Source of the DNA: Longimicrobiales bacterium | GTDB lineage: Bacteria > Gemmatimonadota > Gemmatimonadetes > Longimicrobiales > Gaopeijiaceae | Assembly (NCBI GenBank): GCA_965238005.1 | Contig: OZ250165.1 | Location: 4,608,001 to 4,672,000 of the forward strand | Length of the DNA stretch: 64,000 bases | Direction of reading: 5' to 3' | Shown: positions 48,660 to 58,877 of the stretch, one piece after another | Layout of the letters: each line of letters starts with the position of its first letter | Numbering within the stretch: the stretch's first letter is position 1 | Made by a program: the position numbers and the translations under genes | The notes under the pieces: model-generated | The model's database searches: none | The model's input: the letters and a program-made list of their open reading frames with translations, nothing else | Told to the model about the DNA's origin: nothing

Positions 48660-50471
48660 ATGTCAGTAGGAAGAAAGAAGAGGGCCGGTCTTCGGCTGGC
48701 GTCGCTGGTGGCGCTCAGTCTCACGGTGCTCGCCGGGGCCACTCCTGACGAGTCGCCCGTCGCCGATGCGGCGCAGCGAGTGGACGTTGAGGCGGTTCGC
48801 ACGCTGCTTAAGCAGGGTGCGGATCCCAACGCGGCCCAGGCGGACGGGCTTACGGCACTGCACTGGTCGGCCCTCAACGACGAGCTCGGGATGGCGCGGG
48901 TCCTGCTCTACGCCGGTGCCACGGTGAGCCCGCTCACCCGCGTCGGCGGGTACACTCCTCTGCACCTGGCCAGCCGCAGCGGCCACGGCGAAGTCGTGCG
49001 CGCGCTGCTGGAGGCGGGCGCTGACGCCAACGCGTACACCACCACGGGAGTCACGTCCCTGCACTTCGCGGCGGAGGCCGACGCGGCCGAGGCCATCCAT
49101 GCGCTCATCGAGCGCGGCGCCGACGTGGACGCCAGAGATTCCTTCTCGAGCCGGACGCCTGTGATGTTCGCGTCGGTTCGGAACGCCCTCGAAGCGACCC
49201 GGGCGCTGGTCGACGCCGGCGCCGATCTCTCCGCCACTACCGTCGTAAAGGACTACGTCAAGATCGCGGCGGAAGCTACCGCTGTGCGCGAGCGTCGGGC
49301 CCGGGTCCGCAAGGCCGCTGATGACTCCGACCGGGAGGCCGAGGCCGAGAGGCCTCGTGCCAACTTCCGACGGCAACCCTGTCTCGCACTCCCGGAGCAG
49401 GCGCCCGATGACCCGAACCTGCCGAAGATCCTGTCTTCCACGGAGCAGATCGGGGCACAGGGTGGGTTCGCCGCCCTCCACTTCGCCGCTCGCGAAGGAC
49501 ATATGGAGGCGGCTCGCCTCCTGGTAGAGGCCGGAGCCGACGTCGATCAGGTGACGGGGGGGGATCAGTCAAGCCCCCTGCTGGTCGCGGTAATCAACGG
49601 AAATTACGACCTGGCAAAGGAGCTCCTCGAAGCCAGCGCGGACCCCAACCTGCTCAGCGACGACAGAGCGGGTCCACTGTTCGCCACGCTCAACATCGAG
49701 TGGTCGCTCCGGACGTGGTATCCACAGCCCCAGGCGTTCCGCCAACAACAAACCTCCTATCTGGAGCTGATGGAGCTTCTGCTCCGGGCCGGGGCCGACC
49801 CGAATGAACGGACCAGCACGCACATCTGGTACGCCGCGTACAACGCGGGGCGGATGGGCGTGGACTTCACCGGGACGACACCGTTCTGGCGGGCGGCCTA
49901 CGCGGCGGACGCAAAGGCCATGCGTCTGCTGGTGGAGCACGGCGCCGATCCGAACATCTGGACGAGCAACCTGGTGTGCCAACGCGAGCTCGTCGACCCG
50001 GACATACCGAGCAATCCGGTCAACAGTGAACCGGACCCTCCGGATCCCTCCGGCCTGCCGCCGGTTCCCCACGGTGGACTTGGCATCCACCCCCTCCACG
50101 CCGCGTCGGGGGTGGGCTTCGGCACCTCCCGCGTCGCACAGACGCACCGGCACGTGCCCGACGGGTGGCTTTCAGCCGTGAAGTATCTCATCGAGGAGCT
50201 GGGAGTCGATCCGAATCTGCGGGACAAGGACGGCTACACGGCCCTCCATCATTCGGCCGCGAGGGCTGACGACGAGACGATCCTCTACCTTGTGAGCCAG
50301 GGAGCGGACGTCACCGTGATCAGCCGCCGCGGCCAAACCACGGCGGACCTAGCGAACAGCCCCGAGCAGAGGGCCCAGCCACACCCAGTGACGATCGCGC
50401 TGCTGGAGAAGCTGGGCTCGGAGAACAATCACCAGTGCCGGTCCTGCGGCGGCGCGTCCAGGCGGAACTGA
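48660..50471 (+). CDS. Exported ankyrin-repeat protein
   Basis: Many G.TALH/TPLH..GADPN repeats; ATG at 48660 after GAGGGAG. Confidence 0.92.
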   Translation: MSVGRKKRAGLRLASLVALSLTVLAGATPDESPVADAAQRVDVEAVRTLLKQGADPNAAQADGLTALHWSALNDELGMARVLLYAGATVSPLTRVGGYTPLHLASRSGHGEVVRALLEAGADANAYTTTGVTSLHFAAEADAAEAIHALIERGADVDARDSFSSRTPVMFASVRNALEATRALVDAGADLSATTVVKDYVKIAAEATAVRERRARVRKAADDSDREAEAERPRANFRRQPCLALPEQAPDDPNLPKILSSTEQIGAQGGFAALHFAAREGHMEAARLLVEAGADVDQVTGGDQSSPLLVAVINGNYDLAKELLEASADPNLLSDDRAGPLFATLNIEWSLRTWYPQPQAFRQQQTSYLELMELLLRAGADPNERTSTHIWYAAYNAGRMGVDFTGTTPFWRAAYAADAKAMRLLVEHGADPNIWTSNLVCQRELVDPDIPSNPVNSEPDPPDPSGLPPVPHGGLGIHPLHAASGVGFGTSRVAQTHRHVPDGWLSAVKYLIEELGVDPNLRDKDGYTALHHSAARADDETILYLVSQGADVTVISRRGQTTADLANSPEQRAQPHPVTIALLEKLGSENNHQCRSCGGASRRN

Positions 50472-50490
50472 CCGGATAGGAAGCGAAGGG

Positions 50491-51033
50491 ATGAGACGGT
50501 ATGTGTGCGCGCTCGCCGCGCTGACGGTGACGTCGGTTCCAGCGGACCTCGTCGCGCAGGACACCGTGTGGAACCGCTACACCCTCGAGGAGCTCGGGGG
50601 CGTGTTCGTGCGAGCCGAGACGGACGCGGCGTGCGAAAGCGTGGGGGTGACGCGTCAGGCCGTTCAGGCGGACGCAGAGGCGATCCTCGTGGAGTCCCAG
50701 GTCGACCTGCTCACCGAAGGGGAGATGCTCAGGAACCCGGCCCTCCCCGAGCTTAGGATCACCCTGGAGTGTGTAATGGGCGAGGGCGAGGGCGTCTCCG
50801 GCGCCGTCGCGTACTCCGTGTCACTGAGGGTGCAGCAGTCGGCCCAGATGACCCGGAATTCACAGATCTCCCTGCCCGAGGCCGTCACCTGGTGGTCGAC
50901 GACGGTGGGAGTCGAAGGGTCCGCAGGCGTCCAGACGGCTCTCCAGGAGGCCCTGAAGGGGAAGGTCGAGGAGTTCGCCACGGCCTACATCGAGGCCAAC
51001 ACCGAGCCGGCCGACACGACGGGGACGCGCTAG
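50491..51033 (+). CDS. Hypothetical exported protein
   Basis: Signal peptide, good codon usage, 19 bp after the ankyrin gene. Confidence 0.75.
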   Translation: MRRYVCALAALTVTSVPADLVAQDTVWNRYTLEELGGVFVRAETDAACESVGVTRQAVQADAEAILVESQVDLLTEGEMLRNPALPELRITLECVMGEGEGVSGAVAYSVSLRVQQSAQMTRNSQISLPEAVTWWSTTVGVEGSAGVQTALQEALKGKVEEFATAYIEANTEPADTTGTR

Positions 51034-51307
51034 CCGGTCGCCTCTGCTCGTCGGTGGGGGCACGCTCGTCGGGGACGAAGACGCCGAAGGCCGCGCTACC
51101 GTCGGGCCCGCAGGTCGATGAGGACGTTCTCGTGCTGAGGCCACCTGGATCGTCACCGGGATCGGCCGCCGGGCAGGCGGCGAGACCTACGACCATCACC
51201 GCAGCGTACCCGCCCAGAGCGCGCGGCCCATTAGCATTAGCGTGGTGTCCCAGAAGTTCGCGAGCCACCGAAGGTGCCGAGGCGCCGGAACCGGGGTAAC
51301 CGCGCCG

Positions 51308-53533
51308 TTAGGTCTCGCCCGAGAAGACGTCGAACACAGCCTGGTCGGCGTCGAGGAGCCGGACGATGTCGTTCGGGCTCACTTGATCTCTCTCCTGAGA
51401 GGGCGTGGCCGGTCCGTCTGATCCGCCGGGGCCCGCCGGGGCGTGCGGCCCGGGGCGTGCGGCCCGCAGCGCGCGTTCTATTGCTCCGCCGACTTGGGCA
51501 ACGATGCTGATTGGGCGGACCACCGTCATGGGCTCCCGGCCCGGAAGCTCGATCTCCACCGTGAGCGTGTAGTCGCCCGGCTCCAGGTCAGGCAGGTTCA
51601 GCTCCACCGCCCGGAAGACGGTCCCCAGCACGTCGGGCCCCGCCTCTTCCCAGGTCATGACCACGGGCTTGTCGGGCTCCAGCAGGCGCAGGAACTACCC
51701 CAGCCGCCTGCCGATGCTCGTGCGACCGCGGTTCACCCCGATTCGGACGCTGGCCGACTCGCCCACGCGGAGACCGTAGAGCTCCCAAGCCACCTTGAAG
51801 GCGTCACCCGCCTCGATCCGGACAGCGGGAAGGGCCGTGGGAAGAGCCTCGTCCAAGGACGTGGGGATCTCTCCGCCTCCCCGCAGGATGAGCAGGTCGG
51901 AGATGGCCGCGAGACCGGGGACGATGGGATCCTGCCAGAGGCCGTGCCGATCCCTCCAGGCCTTCTTCTCGTCGGGGCTGAACGCTTCCAGGCCGACGAT
52001 GTAGTGCCCGTTGGGCGCCTGGAGCTGGAAGGCGCCCTTCGGCCCCTCGCCCAGGACCTCAAGCCGCTTGCCGTCTTCGGAGTCGATGAGGAAGAGCCCC
52101 GATCGGATACGCTCTTCCGACACCTCGGCGATGAACGGTATAGGCACCTCACGCACGTCACCAAAGGGATTGGTGTGTCTCTGCTTGTCGGACCGGCTCT
52201 CGTTGCGCGCCGCCCTCAGGTCCACACCGTCGGGCATTCGCAGCGCGGGTGGCGGCGGGGCCGTGGGGTCCTTCTTCTCCTCCAGCTTCGGGGCGAAGGC
52301 CCCTGCCACCAGGAGCGAGTCGCCCCGCCGGAAACGCGCCACCTGGGTCTCGAGGACATCGAGCTCCGGAGCGTAGGGCGCCGTGTATCCGGTACGCGGC
52401 CCGGATCTGATGATGCCATCGCGAAGGATGGCGTTGAGATCGGCGGAATCCCCGAACAGGTCGTTGGCCTGGGTTGCCTGCTGCAGCAAGCTGCCGCTGT
52501 TGAGCGGATCAACGAGCGGGCCCTTCTCCCTGAGCTCGAGGCGCACCCGGTCTCCGAGGGTCCACTCACCCGGGGCCATCTGCGACGGATCCTCCAGCGC
52601 CTCGACCGGGGGCAGAAACTCCTGCCCACGACGGTGGCTCACCATGCGCCGCGAGTCCACCAGCGAGTCCCCGGTCGGCAGGTCACGCTCTCGGGACCAG
52701 GCCTCGGGCGCTCCCCAGCGAAGGGTGATCTCCTCCAGGTCGTCCTCCCAATCCAGACCCGTGCCGTTGATGGCCTCCGCCCCAATCCGCATGAGGACCT
52801 GCCGTGCGTACTGCTCCGTCTTGCGGTCGTTGCCCTCCACAAGGTAGAGAGGGTCGGAGAGCATCCACAGCCGCGCCTCCACCCTCTCTTTGTCGGCCGC
52901 CTTCTTGTAGATCTTCCAGGCCGAATCCTCCAGGAGGTGCTCGGGGGCTCTCCAGCGGGCGGCCGTATCGGGTGGCATCTCCTCAAGCGCCTTGGCGAAA
53001 ATCTCGTCCGCTAGGGTCCAAAGTCCCCTGGTGTGGTGGACGTAGGCCGCCAGCGCCGTGCACCACCAGTGGGTTCGTCCGCCGCATCTCCGGGCCAGAT
53101 TGGCGGCGCTCGTCCAAGCACCCATGTCGGTCAGGTAATAGACCCGCTGGCCGAGGATCCAGGGGTCCCCCGGAATCTTCCGTGCTATGTCACCGAGATC
53201 TTTGAGCACTCGAGTCCGGGCCAGCTCGAGCTCCACGGGCTCCTCGGGTGCTCGCCAGTCGTCGACGTCGGCGTAGTCCGGGAAGCGAAAGCAGAAGCGC
53301 CCAACGACGTCGTCGCACCGACGGCTGAGGTCGGCCAGGTCGGGGGGCGTGCGCTGCTCCCGATAGCGCTCGTAGCGCGCCTGGATGTCCTTGGCCTCCT
53401 CCACAAGCTCGAGGGAGTCGGCAATGCCGGGCGCCGCATACTGTTCCGACAGAGCTCGGGTGGGGAGGACGAGCGCACCCATCAGCATGAGCGCAGAAGC
53501 CGGCGGGGTGAAGCGTATCACGACGAGTCTCAC
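51308..53533 (-). pseudogene. Large exported hypothetical protein interrupted by an in-frame TAG
   Basis: ORF 53533-51695 ends RRLG*. The same frame continues FLRLLEPDKPVVMTWEE...DLEPGDYTLTVEI. Confidence 0.7.
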
Positions 53534-53687
53534 TGGAGGCGACGGGTATTTAGCGTATGGACGCCCGCGGGCGTCTCCTTGTTAAAGTCGCGGACGGCCT
53601 CAACGGGTCCCGCGCCCGAGGTGTCATCCTTAGAAACAAGCACAAGCCAAAGCAAGAGTGGACTGGCCCCACGCCGGAGGAACCCAC

Positions 53688-54056
53688 ATGAAGCAGCACG
53701 TAACATTGGCAGCGTTCGCGGCAGCCGCTCTTCTCGTCGCAACCGCTCCAGCAGCCGCACAAGACGTCTCGGGGATGTGGGAGGTGTCCTGGGAGTCGCC
53801 CAGGGGCGCCCGAACCTTCGTCGTCACCCTCGCCCAGGACGGCACTGAGCTGACCGGCACTGCTCAGATGGAAAGGGGCCAGGGGACCTTGAGCAACGGA
53901 ATGATCCAGGGGAACGACATCAGCTTCACGCTGTCCATGGGGGGCGGTCGGTTCAGCTTGACGTTCGAGGGTGAGGTCGACGGCGACACCATGGCCGGCA
54001 CCCTGACCACGCCTCGCGGCGAGAGTCCCTGGACCGGGAAGAAGAAAGAGGGCTAA
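53688..54056 (+). CDS. Small exported beta-rich protein
   Basis: GGAGG RBS, signal peptide, DVSGMWEVS...LTGT...FEGEVDGDTMAG...WTGKK. Confidence 0.85.
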   Translation: MKQHVTLAAFAAAALLVATAPAAAQDVSGMWEVSWESPRGARTFVVTLAQDGTELTGTAQMERGQGTLSNGMIQGNDISFTLSMGGGRFSLTFEGEVDGDTMAGTLTTPRGESPWTGKKKEG

Positions 54057-54213
54057 GGCACGAGGCCCACGACCGGGCCGGCCTCGAACGCCTCGTGCGT
54101 TACTGCGCCCGGCCCCCTTTCGCCTTGGAGCACCTCCACCTCGTTGGCGACCAGACCGACCAGGTCCTCTACATCCTCCCCTGTTCGAGTTCGACCAGAG
54201 CCGCGACGGGTAG
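54057..54213 (+). mobile_element. IS91/ISCR-type rolling-circle transposase relic
   Basis: DRAGLERLVRYCARPPFALEHL (catalytic Tyr region of Y2 transposases) joined out of frame near 54180 to C-terminal LFEFDQSRDG*. Confidence 0.75.
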
Positions 54214-54427
54214 GCTCCCACCCCTTCCTCCACCCCGAAGGGCCTGCCGGAGGCATGCCCTCTCGACACTTCCAACCCTTGGTTCTCCACAAAAACAGCC
54301 AAAGACAGCCAAAAACAGCCCCACCACCTCGTCCCTACCCCTTTGAGGACCGGGCCTGTCAAGAGCTTGCACTCCGGCGCAACCGTGTGCTGGTGCCCGG
54401 CCCTCGGCTCAGTAGGTAGATTAAGGA

Positions 54428-55141
54428 ATGGCAATCCGGTATGGAATCGTGGGCGATGGACGCGTAGCACGGCACATGACGCACTACTTCGATCTCCTCG
54501 ACCTGCCTCATGTGAATTGGTCGCGCCGGTCGGCGGGGAACGCCCCACCAAGCGCCGCTCTTGCCGAGAGTGATGCCGTTCTCCTACTCGTCAGCGACGC
54601 CGCGATCGAACAGTTCATCACTTCGAACGATGGGTTACGGGAAAAAACGCTCATCCACTTTTCGGGAAGCCTCGTCACGTCTTCGGCCACGGGGATGCAT
54701 CCCCTCACAACGTTCGGCGCAGACCTCTACGATCGAGTGACATACGAATCCATACCTTTTGTTTGCGAAGAGGGCGAGCCCCGCTTTGAAGACGTGTTTC
54801 CAGAGTTGCCAAACCCCCGTTACACTCTCGCCGCGGGTCTCAGGCCGTTGTATCACAGCCTTGCCGTAATGGCCGGCAATTTTACCATGATATTGTGGAA
54901 CAAGCTGTTTCACACGTTTGAAGAGCAATTGCAGCTGCCACCCAGCGTCGCTCTTCCCTATCTCCGTCAGGTCGCAGCCAACCTCGAAAAAGTTGACACC
55001 GCTTTGACGGGGCCCATCACGCGGGGCGATCGGGATACGATTCGAGCCAACCTCGCCGCCCTGTCCGGCGATCCATACCATGACGTATACGCCGCTTTCG
55101 TAAAGGCCGTTGCCCCGGAACTGCTCGAGGGTCGCTCATGA
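54428..55141 (+). CDS. Rossmann-like + DUF2520 oxidoreductase (PanG-like ketopantoate reductase candidate)
   Basis: GIVGDGRVA, HFSGS, GMHPLTTF, LYHSLAVMAGNF, ALTGPITRGD; coupled to panB. Confidence 0.85.
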   Translation: MAIRYGIVGDGRVARHMTHYFDLLDLPHVNWSRRSAGNAPPSAALAESDAVLLLVSDAAIEQFITSNDGLREKTLIHFSGSLVTSSATGMHPLTTFGADLYDRVTYESIPFVCEEGEPRFEDVFPELPNPRYTLAAGLRPLYHSLAVMAGNFTMILWNKLFHTFEEQLQLPPSVALPYLRQVAANLEKVDTALTGPITRGDRDTIRANLAALSGDPYHDVYAAFVKAVAPELLEGRS

Positions 55142-55926
55142 ATGCCTTGGACTTTCGCCGTAAGAAAGCTGACGGAGAAAAAATCTCGATGACCACATGC
55201 TACGACTACTGGTCGGCGCGAATCCTTCGAGAGACGTCCATCGACGCCATCTTGGTGGGAGACAGCGCGGCCATGGTCATGCACGGCCGGCCGTCAACAC
55301 TGCCGGCCACGACGGACCTCATGGTATTGCACACCGAAGCGGTTGCCCGAGGTGCACCCGAGAAATTCCTCATCGCGGACATGCCCTTTCTCTCGTTTCA
55401 CAAAGGGCTCAAGCCGGCGATGGACACCGTCGAAGCGTTGATCCACGCCGGTGCCAACGCGGTCAAGCTGGAGGGAATCGACGGAATCGAGGATGTCGTT
55501 GAGCGCGTCGTACTCGCCGGTGTGCCGGTCATGGGACACCTGGGCCTCACCCCACAAGCCGTGAACCGTCTCGGTGGATTCAAGGTGCAAGGTGGTAGCA
55601 AGGAGTCGGCAGCTCAACTCGTCGATCAATCTAAGAGAGTCGCCGATGCCGGATGCTTTAGCATAGTGTTGGAATGCGTTCCCGTCGACACCGCGAGGCA
55701 GATTACGGCGGCTGTGGCGGTTCCCACTATCGGTATCGGTGCGGGCCTGCATTGCGATGGGCAAGTGTTGGTGTTACACGATCTCGCTGGATTCAACCGT
55801 GATTTTCACCCAAAGTTCGTGAAGGCCTTCGAGGACGGCTTCGACCTCGTGCAACGCGCAGTCAATGCGTTCGATCGAGAAACAAAGGAACGGTCCTTCC
55901 CAACCGACGCCCAGAGCTACAGTTGA
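55138..55926 (+). CDS. panB: 3-methyl-2-oxobutanoate hydroxymethyltransferase
   Basis: TCYDY, ILVGDS, ADMPF, AVKLEG, GHLGLTPQ, TIGIGAG..CDGQVLV. Confidence 0.97.
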   Translation: MNALDFRRKKADGEKISMTTCYDYWSARILRETSIDAILVGDSAAMVMHGRPSTLPATTDLMVLHTEAVARGAPEKFLIADMPFLSFHKGLKPAMDTVEALIHAGANAVKLEGIDGIEDVVERVVLAGVPVMGHLGLTPQAVNRLGGFKVQGGSKESAAQLVDQSKRVADAGCFSIVLECVPVDTARQITAAVAVPTIGIGAGLHCDGQVLVLHDLAGFNRDFHPKFVKAFEDGFDLVQRAVNAFDRETKERSFPTDAQSYS

Positions 55927-56687
55927 TGCGAACGGTTGGCTCGGTGGCCGATTGGAAACCCGTGCGCGCCGAGATCGAGAACTCGGGCAACACGCTGGGC
56001 TTCGTCCCGACGATGGGTGCACTTCACACCGGCCATACCTCGTTGGTCGAGCGCAGCCTCGAGGAAAACACCAAGACCGTCGTCAGCGTATTCGTCAACC
56101 CTACACAATTCAACGATCCAACCGACCTCGAGAACTATCCACGCACCCTGGATGTCGACACCCAAACGCTCGAAGAGCTCGGCGTCGACTATCTGTTTCT
56201 CCCGGACCGGAGCACGGTCTATCCTGATGACTACCGTTACAAACTGTCCGAGACCGATTTGAGCACGCGACTCTGCGGAGCGCATCGACCCGGCCATTTC
56301 GACGGGGTACTGACGGTCGTCATGCGTTTGTTCAACATCATTCGCCCATACCGAGCATATTTTGGCGAAAAAGACTACCAGCAGTATCGCCTCATCCAAG
56401 ACATGGCGGCTGCTTTTTCCATGGAGGTGCAGATCCGTTCATGTCCCATCGTGCGGGATGCCGACGGCGTGGCGCTGAGTTCGCGTAACGCACTTCTGTC
56501 GGCCCACGGCCGAAAGCTGGCGTCCGAGTTCGCTTCCGTCTTGAAGAATGGAGATTCGTCGTTGGGGGTTCGGAGCAGCCTCGAGGACCGTGGTATTCAG
56601 GTCGACTACGTGGAAGACTGGTCGGGCAGACGGCTGGCGGCCGTCTTCATTGAAGGCGTGCGCCTGATCGACAACGTGAAGGCGTGA
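55926..56687 (+). CDS. panC: Pantoate--beta-alanine ligase
   Basis: FVPTMGALHTGH, SVFVNPTQF, RPGHFDGV, FGEKDYQQ, ALSSRN, RLIDN. Confidence 0.97.
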   Translation: MRTVGSVADWKPVRAEIENSGNTLGFVPTMGALHTGHTSLVERSLEENTKTVVSVFVNPTQFNDPTDLENYPRTLDVDTQTLEELGVDYLFLPDRSTVYPDDYRYKLSETDLSTRLCGAHRPGHFDGVLTVVMRLFNIIRPYRAYFGEKDYQQYRLIQDMAAAFSMEVQIRSCPIVRDADGVALSSRNALLSAHGRKLASEFASVLKNGDSSLGVRSSLEDRGIQVDYVEDWSGRRLAAVFIEGVRLIDNVKA

Positions 56688-56885
56688 CACTCATTCGGCG
56701 GAGTTCATCGAGCTCGCCGCGGACCGTTCCATCGATCACGACTCGCGCATCCTCCTTGTGACCTGCTAGAGATATTGCACCAATCAATACCGCTCTTGGA
56801 CACGCAACCTTCGTACGTATACTCACGATATAAAGATACGTATTCCTCTCCGAAGAGGAACTCGGAGTCAGGCGGTCCAGGACCC

Positions 56886-56927
56886 TTGCATATGTAGTTC
56901 GGTACCGTATATTTCGTTGTCGTAGTA
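56886..56927 (+). promoter_or_regulatory. marR promoter with two tandem imperfect palindromic operators
   Basis: TTGCAT-N16-TATATT overlapped by TAGTTCGGTACCGTATAT and TATTTCGTTGTCGTAGTA. Confidence 0.6.
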
Positions 56928-56953
56928 ACTCGCTCTCAGAAAGGGCCTCGCCC

Positions 56954-57400
56954 TTGGCCAAGCCGCTCCGATTCGTCTCGCCGATTCACAAGGGGACCAG
57001 GCAGATCGCCGAGTTCATGCTGGAGGAATCCCGAGTCCTCGGAGTGGAGCCGGTGGAAGGACACCTGCTCTCGTATACGACGCTCTACGGGCCATGTCCC
57101 GTGTCCGAGTTGACACGCGTGTTCGGACACAAGCCGTCGACCCTTACCGGGATGCTCGATCGGCTGGAGGAGAAGGGGCTCGTTGTCAGGGAGCCGAACG
57201 AGAAGGACCGCAGGTCATTCTTGATCCGGGTAACTGAGGAGGGGAGCACCATCGCGATCCACCTACGCGGCATCCTCGAGAATCTCGAAGCGAGCATAGC
57301 GGAGAGAGTGGAGGATAGGGATCTCGACGGATTCGATGCCGTGATGCGGGCGATGAGCGACGTCACGCAAGTCGAACTCAGAGGGAGGGAGGAAGGATGA
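56954..57400 (+). CDS. MarR family regulator
   Basis: PSTLTGMLDRLEEKGLVVREPNEKDRRSFLIRVTEEG. Confidence 0.93.
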   Translation: MAKPLRFVSPIHKGTRQIAEFMLEESRVLGVEPVEGHLLSYTTLYGPCPVSELTRVFGHKPSTLTGMLDRLEEKGLVVREPNEKDRRSFLIRVTEEGSTIAIHLRGILENLEASIAERVEDRDLDGFDAVMRAMSDVTQVELRGREEG

Positions 57401-57906
57401 ACACCAAAGACCTACTCAAGACCCAGTACGCTCTGCTCTACCGGGTCGTCGGCGCGAATGTTACCGGCTTGAGCCAGGAGGACTCGATCAAGCAACCTGA
57501 GCCCGGTGGCAACTGCTCGAACTGGATGCTGGGCCACCTGATCGGAAGCCATAATCGCGCCCTCGAGCTCCTGGGAGAGGAGCCGGTCTGGGCGGACGAG
57601 TCCCTGGCGAGGGCCAGAGAAGAGCCCATCACGGGTGCCGACGACGCCATCGATTGGGACACCATGCGGGACCGCTTCCTGGGCTCACAGGATCGTTGCC
57701 TGGCCGCCATCGAGCGCCTTACCGACGAGGAGCTCGACGAGGGGGGCTTCAGCGACTCCTTCGGCCAGGAGTGCAGCCGAGGTGAATATCTGAACCTGCT
57801 CGTGTTCCACGGCAACTACCACGCTGGGCAGCTGGGCCTTTCACGGCGACTGGCCGGGCATCCCGGGGTGATCGGGTCCCCGAAGGCCCAAGCCCAAGGA
57901 GCGTAG
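57397..57906 (+). CDS. DinB superfamily protein
   Basis: NWMLGHL and FHGNYHAGQLG His triad; ATGA overlap with marR. Confidence 0.9.
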   Translation: MNTKDLLKTQYALLYRVVGANVTGLSQEDSIKQPEPGGNCSNWMLGHLIGSHNRALELLGEEPVWADESLARAREEPITGADDAIDWDTMRDRFLGSQDRCLAAIERLTDEELDEGGFSDSFGQECSRGEYLNLLVFHGNYHAGQLGLSRRLAGHPGVIGSPKAQAQGA

Positions 57907-57944
57907 CCGAGGCGGCGCTAGCCGTTTCGGGCGGGCAAGGAGCT

Positions 57945-57978
57945 GCCCCGCCGGGTGCCGTACCCGGCGGGGCTGTTT
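57945..57978 (+). terminator. Hairpin between convergent dinB and AKR genes
   Basis: 12-bp perfect stem GCCCCGCCGGGT/ACCCGGCGGGGC followed by TGTTT. Confidence 0.75.
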
Positions 57979-58822
57979 ACATCGTCGAATCAGGACCGTT
58001 CGCGCGCGAGTTCGCGTCGAAGAGCTCCTCCATGCGCCTTCGTGTGCCCTCGTCGGGCAGGCGCCCAACCCCGGCTCCCATGTTGTCCACCAGATGCTCC
58101 GGGTCCGAGGTCCCCGGAATCACGACCGTCACGGCAGGGTGGGCGAGGATGTACTTCAGGAAGAACTGCCCCCAGCTCCGGCAGTCGAACTCGGCGGCCC
58201 ATTCGGGCAGCGGCTCGTCTCGCACGGCGCGGAACAGCCGGCCAGCGTTGTAGGGCTCATTGATCATGACGGCGAAGCCGCGGTCCTGCGCCAGGGGAAG
58301 CAGCCGATCGGCCGCCTCACGCTCGCCCAGTGAGTAGTTGACCGGGGTCCAAGGCTCCCTGAGCATCACCCGCTCCATGTCCCCGAACTGACGCAGACGG
58401 GATATCGTCACGCCCACGTAGCGTGTGCGGCCCTCGTCCTTCGCCTGCCGGATCGTCGGTAGATGGATCTCCACGCCACGGAGGTTGTGCACCTGATTCA
58501 GGTCGATGGCGTCGCGGCCCCACAGCCGCATCGAGGACTCCTGCTGTCGAACTCCCGATTCGCGTCCGCCACCGGTGGAGATCTTGGTGGCGAAAAAGAG
58601 CTCGTTCTCGATCCCCAACTCCTGAGCCAAGGCCCCCGCCACACTCTCCGAGCGACCATATGTAGGGGCCGTGTCGAAGACCGATCCGCCCGCCTCCCTG
58701 AAGAACCGGAGAACTTCCTTCAGGCCGCCGCGTTCCGCCGAAGAGGCCCTCCTGCTGAAGGTCCGTGCGCTCCCGAGGCCCACGGCCGGGATCGCCTCAC
58801 CTGAGGCCTGGTCCTCGGACAA
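57977..58822 (-). CDS. Aldo/keto reductase, possibly degenerate
   Basis: PAVGLG, DTAPTYGRSE, ATKI, DLNQVHNL, WGQFFLKY, VIPGTS. REPWTPVNYS looks shortened and the N-terminus looks clipped; TTG start at 58822 is uncertain. Confidence 0.8.
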   Translation of the reverse strand: MSEDQASGEAIPAVGLGSARTFSRRASSAERGGLKEVLRFFREAGGSVFDTAPTYGRSESVAGALAQELGIENELFFATKISTGGGRESGVRQQESSMRLWGRDAIDLNQVHNLRGVEIHLPTIRQAKDEGRTRYVGVTISRLRQFGDMERVMLREPWTPVNYSLGEREAADRLLPLAQDRGFAVMINEPYNAGRLFRAVRDEPLPEWAAEFDCRSWGQFFLKYILAHPAVTVVIPGTSDPEHLVDNMGAGVGRLPDEGTRRRMEELFDANSRANGPDSTM

Positions 58823-58877
58823 TCGCCCACCAAGATTGTTCCGATACCGATCAGCGCCCGACTCGAACGGAGGCGAG

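Noticed and set aside
31589..51697. Amber recoding or pyrrolysine, suggested by two in-frame TAG codons
   Set aside because: TAG is the evident true stop of several intact genes (moxR, type III PKS, comD-like, ZIP). One of the two genes also has a frameshift, and no pyl genes are in the window.
54340..54427. pan RNA motif or riboswitch upstream of the pan operon
   Set aside because: No convincing paired stems could be identified by eye; an Rfam scan is needed.
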